Virus record (IMG/VR): IMGVR_UViG_3300020045_001667
Location: 1 to 49,768 of that record
DNA from: a virus
Taxonomy: Duplodnaviria > Caudoviricetes
Length of the DNA: 49,768 bases
Strand: one strand, 5' to 3'
This document shows, piece by piece, positions 44,978 to 49,768 of the stretch. Each line of letters starts with the position of its first letter. Position 1 is the first letter of the stretch. The notes under the pieces were generated by a model, which was not told where the DNA came from, did no database searches, and worked only from the letters and a program-made list of their open reading frames with translations. The translations under genes were made by a program, and so were the position numbers.

Positions 44978-45897
44978 TACATTGACTCCATAATTTTTTT
45001 CGTTACCTTGTTTGCAAACCCAATGTAATTATTATCAGCAATCCATTTTCTACGTTTTTCATGGAATGCTGCAATTGATGCCGCTTTTTTTGCAATAACT
45101 TCAGGACGCTTAAACGCAGCTTGCGATGCATCTTGCTGGCGTTTTCGCTTTTCCGGGTCTTCTGCAAATGCTTTGGCAATGGCGGCGCGATTGTTTGCAA
45201 TTGCTTCTGGCGTATGCATTGAAGCGGCCGACTTCATTCTTAGTTCTGGAGTGCTTAAACTTGCCATTATTCCAACCATTCGCTTAGCTCTAATCGCATC
45301 ATTTGCCCAGCTATTTGCTATTTTTAATGATGCATTTTCTTTTCTAGATTCAGACTGCCATGCAAGTTTTCTTGTCTCAGAAGCTTTTGCAATATATTCT
45401 GGATTTTTCCAAAATTTCTTACTTCTTGCTGATAGCAATTCGTGAGCTTCTGGAGTTGTATGAGCAGCTTTTATGGCATCAGAAACTCGCTGTTTGTATT
45501 CAGGATCAGACCATCGTTCTTTTGTCTTTGCTGAAACGGCGTCTTTGAATTTTTCGCTATTGAATGCGACATTCATTTTTTCCCGCCGATCCTCAGTCCA
45601 AACCAATCCAGAAGTTCCATCGCCACCATCGGTAACATTTGCCAACTTAGCGCCAGCCCAACGACAAAAATCAATTGCAGCCACTTCCAAGTCAAAAGCC
45701 GACGATTCGCTCATATTTTTTTCAATGAACCGAACAGAATATCCGTGCTTCGCTACGATGTTTTTCCAGTAACGGTTGCGTCCAGTTTTTGCAGTGGCGC
45801 GATATCCATGGCCTTTTCCAATGTAAAAAATTCGACCAGTATCAAGCGTGCGATGTTCGTACACATAAAACTGGTTATTTTCTACATTGGTATTCAT
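44977..45897 (-). mobile_element. GIY-YIG homing endonuclease with helical repeats
   Basis: FYVYEH...FYIGKG-G-R...E...L-NVTDGGDG; inserted between the chaperone and TMP genes. Confidence 0.8.
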
Positions 45898-45915
45898 AAA
45901 TCTATTTTACCCGCC

Positions 45916-46164
45916 TCAGTCTTTTTTAGCCATAGCCTGATTTTCATAGTCAGAAGTCATATCAAGTAAGGCATTCAAACGCATCAAATCATCGACGCTG
46001 CACATACCTGATTTAACCTCTGACAGAGAAACCTTGCGAGCAAGAATCGGACGCCATATCCATAACTCTTGCTCCAAGTCTTCTCTTAATTTACCGGGGG
46101 GCTTTTCGCCATTTGAGCCCCGGCGGTTAGGCTCCCAAAGCGGCCCGCCGTCTTGGCGAAAAAA
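45916..46164 (-). CDS. -1 frameshift extension of the tail assembly chaperone (gpGT / P2 E'-like)
   Basis: Open -1 frame from slippery T TTT TTC (46164-46158) to TGA 45916: ...LWIWRPILARKVSLSEVKSG-CSVDDLMRLNALLDM... Confidence 0.75.
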   Translation of the reverse strand, partial: FFRQDGGPLWEPNRRGSNGEKPPGKLREDLEQELWIWRPILARKVSLSEVKSGMCSVDDLMRLNALLDMTSDYENQAMAKKD

Positions 46165-46544
46165 GCTGAAAAATTAAGTTTCAGAACCTCCCAAATCAAT
46201 TCGTAAAGATCAAACAGGTTATCAGCAGTGAAGCACTGGTTAACGCTCATACCGTCTTTAATGAATACTTTCTTTTCTCCAAAGTAAACCCGAGACTGGG
46301 TGAACATCGGAAAAACAATCGTATCCATTACTTCTTCAGTTAGATTCTCGGCAATGATGCCGGTGGCCTCGCTCAAATCAGCGTCAAGCAAGTTAACCGA
46401 GCCTCCTTGCTTGCCTTTTGTCAACCCGCCAATAACAGGCAGAATGATTTTATTCAGTCGCAACAAAATACGGTTAGCCTCAAAGGCATTCATTTTCATG
46501 GCCGTATATTCAGACTGGCCGATGATGATAGTTTCAGCTTGCAT
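46086..46544 (-). CDS. tail assembly chaperone
   Basis: 152 aa between tube and TMP; ends L-LNFS-FF. Confidence 0.8.
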   Translation of the reverse strand: MQAETIIIGQSEYTAMKMNAFEANRILLRLNKIILPVIGGLTKGKQGGSVNLLDADLSEATGIIAENLTEEVMDTIVFPMFTQSRVYFGEKKVFIKDGMSVNQCFTADNLFDLYELIWEVLKLNFSAFFAKTAGRFGSLTAGAQMAKSPPVN

Positions 46545-46546
46545 GG

Positions 46547-46909
46547 TTATTTACCTGCCAATTTAGAGCGCAGTTCGTAGCCCATCAAAGGCCAGATTTT
46601 TTGCACTGCGTTTTCGCGTGCGATCTTGCGGCCAATTTCAGCATCAAAGTTTTCAGGCGAAGCGCAGGCTGATTCACCGGTTACAGTGAATCCGTTTTTC
46701 AGGACAATGACGCAGAATGTCAAAAGTGTTAGGCTTTCATATTTTACAAAATTCAATTCTGAAATAACATCGAAAGGAAACGCCGCATCTCCGGCATTGA
46801 AATAATACTCACCTGCAATGTTGTTTTTAATGTCATCTGGAGTAACTCGCGCAGCCGTTTTCCCTTTGGCTTGAATCTCTTGCTCGATAGATTGGTAAGT
46901 CATTTTCAT
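46547..46909 (-). CDS. Phage_gp49_66-family protein
   Basis: LTFCV--L-NGFTVTGESACASPENFDAEIGRKIAR-NA--KIWPL-GY-L. Confidence 0.85.
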   Translation of the reverse strand: MKMTYQSIEQEIQAKGKTAARVTPDDIKNNIAGEYYFNAGDAAFPFDVISELNFVKYESLTLLTFCVIVLKNGFTVTGESACASPENFDAEIGRKIARENAVQKIWPLMGYELRSKLAGK

Positions 46910-47002
46910 CCCAAGTTGGTTAAAGTGACTTTCATTCTACCAAAGAAAAACCCCGGCACAGAGTTAACTGTCCGGGGCCGTGTTGGCTAGATTATATGGT
47001 AA

Positions 47003-47434
47003 TCAAGCGCCACCAATTGACATTTTCAAGTCTGCGCAATCAAAGACAAAAGATCGTTCGCCGACTTCTTTGCCGAATACCATTTCAGGCGGTGTTTTAA
47101 GCCATGCTTGAGTAGCGCCTACCAATTCAGCACCATCTCCAGGTGAAACGATGCTGATAGGGATAAGAATGTCGCCATCAAATAGGAAGTTATCAAGCGC
47201 CACCAGCGCCGACAACTCGGTGACGGCTGGCGAGCTTTGCAGTAACTTGATTTCAATAGTGCCGGACTTGTTACCGTTTCGAGCGCGGGCGACGTGGCCG
47301 TCAGCGCCAACGCGCTTCATATACAGGTCTTCGTCACGTTTAGCAGTAATAAAGTCGCCATCACTGAAACCAGTGACGATAACGCCACCGACAATCACGG
47401 TGAGTTTGCTTGGGTCGTATGTAGAGGTTGCCAT
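47003..47434 (-). CDS. tail tube protein (DUF3277-like)
   Basis: TYDP--V----GG----GF-DG, VGADG, SGT----L-Q-SP. Confidence 0.85.
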   Translation of the reverse strand: MATSTYDPSKLTVIVGGVIVTGFSDGDFITAKRDEDLYMKRVGADGHVARARNGNKSGTIEIKLLQSSPAVTELSALVALDNFLFDGDILIPISIVSPGDGAELVGATQAWLKTPPEMVFGKEVGERSFVFDCADLKMSIGGA

Positions 47435-47438
47435 TATG

Positions 47439-48362
47439 TTAGTCCTTAAAAAGTTTACCAGTTGCTTTCTTTTGTTTCAAAAAGAAAATATCCCATTGAT
47501 CTTGCGTTGCACTTGAAACAAGATGAGGAAATTGCTTTCCTGTTTTTATCCTGCTTATGGTAGCTCCGCTTATGTTTAATTTTTTAGATAAAACACTATT
47601 TGCAACTTCTGGGTTATCAAGTGCATATTGAGCTACATCATCGCTAATTACACGAAGTTTTGCAATGCTTTTTTGCGCTCCGCGAATTGAAGAAACATTT
47701 GATTTATCAATGCCGTATCTCTTTGCGAGCGTAGATGTATTTGTTGTGAAGTCATTTTTTATGATAATTCTAATTTCATCACTTATTACGCAAGCATGAT
47801 GGTCTTCCCCGCTTTTATTGTTTTTCTTGTAACTTCCAACTGGTTTTTTTTGAATTCCAACTCTTCCCCATGCGTCACCGTATCTAATTTTTTTAATCGT
47901 CCCAGTAGATACATTATATTTTTTTGCTGCACATGAAGTTGATAGAGTCACATCATCTATGATTGATTTAACATCATAATTTGTAAGTTTTGCATTTCCA
48001 TGCTCTTCGCAAAATGCACTCGTTGATATGCTTCTAAAATGATCTAATGGCATAGCAGCGTTATAGCCTTTGCCATTTGATATATGAGAATCATATAAAT
48101 TCATGATTGCATTTTCATAATAATTTGACATTGCATCGTTACAAACCAATATCAAATCATGACTAAAGTTTTCTTTCCCGTATTTTCGTATTGCTGAATG
48201 GAATGGGTTTTTCTTTTTATTTTTATTTGCATCGTAGCAATGCTGTGAAAAACGTCTATCCACAGAACCACAAGTTTGACCTATGTAGCACTTACCGTTC
48301 ACTTTATTTGTGACCTTGTAAATACTTATTGGCTTTACTTGTGATTTTGTGGATGTTTTCAT
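47439..48362 (-). mobile_element. GIY-YIG homing endonuclease with HTH repeats
   Basis: IYKVTN-VNGK-YIGQT----RR--QH...AIRKYG-ENF...E...GYN; AT-rich; between sheath and tube. Confidence 0.85.
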
Positions 48363-48368
48363 TATGAG

Positions 48369-49703
48369 TTATTGTAACTCATAACCTACACTTCCTGCAA
48401 TGTTAATAACATGCAGTGCACCAGCCAGACGGGCGCTAAACTCCAGCGTCAAAACCCGCGAAGCCTTAACCAGTGGGTCAACGCTTTGCGACAATGGCGC
48501 GGTAATAGTGAACCCCGGTACAGTCTTACCGTTTTCATCCACTTCGTCAGGAGCGATATAGCCAACGGTCACGCCTTGCTGCAAAGACTTACGCAGGTTA
48601 GTGACGCACAACTGGATACCGGCATCGGTGTAAGGCACCTTGGCGCGATTGATAATCAGCATGGTCATATTGGTCTGAATCAAGTCTTCCAGCCAATCGC
48701 GGCCCCGGATAACGTCAATCCACTCGCCAGCGACAACCTTGCCGGGATTAGTCAATGCGATCTGAGTTTGGTAATACTCGAAAGTGTTGCCGCCCTTACC
48801 AAGAATGGTACTGCGCTGGGTAGCTGACAGCTTATCGGGCGTCACTCCACCTAGCTTTTTCAATGCCCATGTTTCAGAACCTGGCTGCAATGGGAACACC
48901 GCAGACATCCATGCAGCATCAGGGTACTGAGTCAAAGCATTGGCGCTATAGGCCGCATAGGTGCGGTAGTAGCGTGTATCCTTAGCTACGCTGATAACGT
49001 CAGTAGACACACCGGGCGTAAGAATGTCAGCCTCACTAGAAGCAAAGCCAAATAGCTTTTTCTGAGTCTCAGTCCATGCCGCAAAATCAAGCTGCACTTG
49101 CTTAGTGCGGTCAGAGCTAATCAAGCCATACCATGCGTTGTCTTCCATGACGATAGCAGCCATATCCACTGCCACAGTGTCTACGGTAGTCATAGCGCCC
49201 CACGACAGGTTAGAACCCAGCGTGACAGATTGCAAGTTGGATTGGCTAATCCAAGCCAGTTGCACGGTATTGCCAATGGCGGTAGCGGTCAGAGTCTCAT
49301 TGGTGTCCGAAGTGATAGCCAATGCCAAAGCAGTTGCGATCTCGGCGGCGGTAGCTGTAGCGTCTGACGTGTAGGTGTAAACCTCGGGAGAAGTACCGGC
49401 GACCGTGATTGTGTAGGTCGTCAGATTGACAGCCACAATATCAATGATGGCAGTAGCCACGGCACGGCGACCGACTTTTACCTGGCGCGGGTGAGGCGTC
49501 TGACTGAATGCAGCCTCAACGGCACCCAGAATAGGCTCAGGCAAGTTAGCCGCCACTGCATCGTCATATCGCGTATAGGCTTGCACGCGATTGGTGAAGG
49601 CCATGTGACCACCAACGATCATGGGCGTGCCGAAATCCGCCCGCTCTACGCCGGTTGTATTCAGCGAAATGCTGACATTAACAATATCTGAAAGAGTTGC
49701 CAT
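48369..49703 (-). CDS. tail sheath protein (DUF3383)
   Basis: IVNV-I, FSQ-P-P----VGR, PGS-TW--K-L-GV, GEWID-IRG-DWL, KVPYTD-G, LAGA-H. Confidence 0.9.
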   Translation of the reverse strand: MATLSDIVNVSISLNTTGVERADFGTPMIVGGHMAFTNRVQAYTRYDDAVAANLPEPILGAVEAAFSQTPHPRQVKVGRRAVATAIIDIVAVNLTTYTITVAGTSPEVYTYTSDATATAAEIATALALAITSDTNETLTATAIGNTVQLAWISQSNLQSVTLGSNLSWGAMTTVDTVAVDMAAIVMEDNAWYGLISSDRTKQVQLDFAAWTETQKKLFGFASSEADILTPGVSTDVISVAKDTRYYRTYAAYSANALTQYPDAAWMSAVFPLQPGSETWALKKLGGVTPDKLSATQRSTILGKGGNTFEYYQTQIALTNPGKVVAGEWIDVIRGRDWLEDLIQTNMTMLIINRAKVPYTDAGIQLCVTNLRKSLQQGVTVGYIAPDEVDENGKTVPGFTITAPLSQSVDPLVKASRVLTLEFSARLAGALHVINIAGSVGYELQ

Positions 49704-49768
49704 CTTGGCTCCTATAAAATTAAACTTTGCAAAGTTCAGCCAAATGGCTTAGAACATTTTATGTTTTA

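Overview
Near-complete (~50 kb) genome of a tailed dsDNA phage with a contractile tail (DUF1073 portal, DUF2213, DUF2184 capsid, DUF3383 sheath, DUF3277 tube, baseplate J and Gp138-type spike). The two ends fall in the same neck/tail module, so the genome looks circularly permuted with a small gap. Structural, lysis and packaging genes and a primase-helicase lie on the minus strand. Early and replication genes lie on the plus strand at about 16.2-33.5 kb (Sak4-like ATPase, SSB, SNF2-like helicase plus DNA methyltransferase, Cas4-like nuclease, SF2 helicase, RuvC-like resolvase, ThyX, MazG-like). No integrase, CI-type repressor or DNA polymerase was recognised. There are four free-standing homing endonucleases and an origin with iterons plus DnaA boxes. 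The most unusual feature is a ~1.15 kb plus-strand non-coding RNA operon (40290-41435) inserted between two baseplate genes. It is a chain of interlocking structured RNA units (two kissing-loop tRNA mimics, two TGACA-stem-GARAGA units, five long hairpins with variable loops) ending in a tRNA(CAT). All family assignments come from motif recognition by eye, not database searches.
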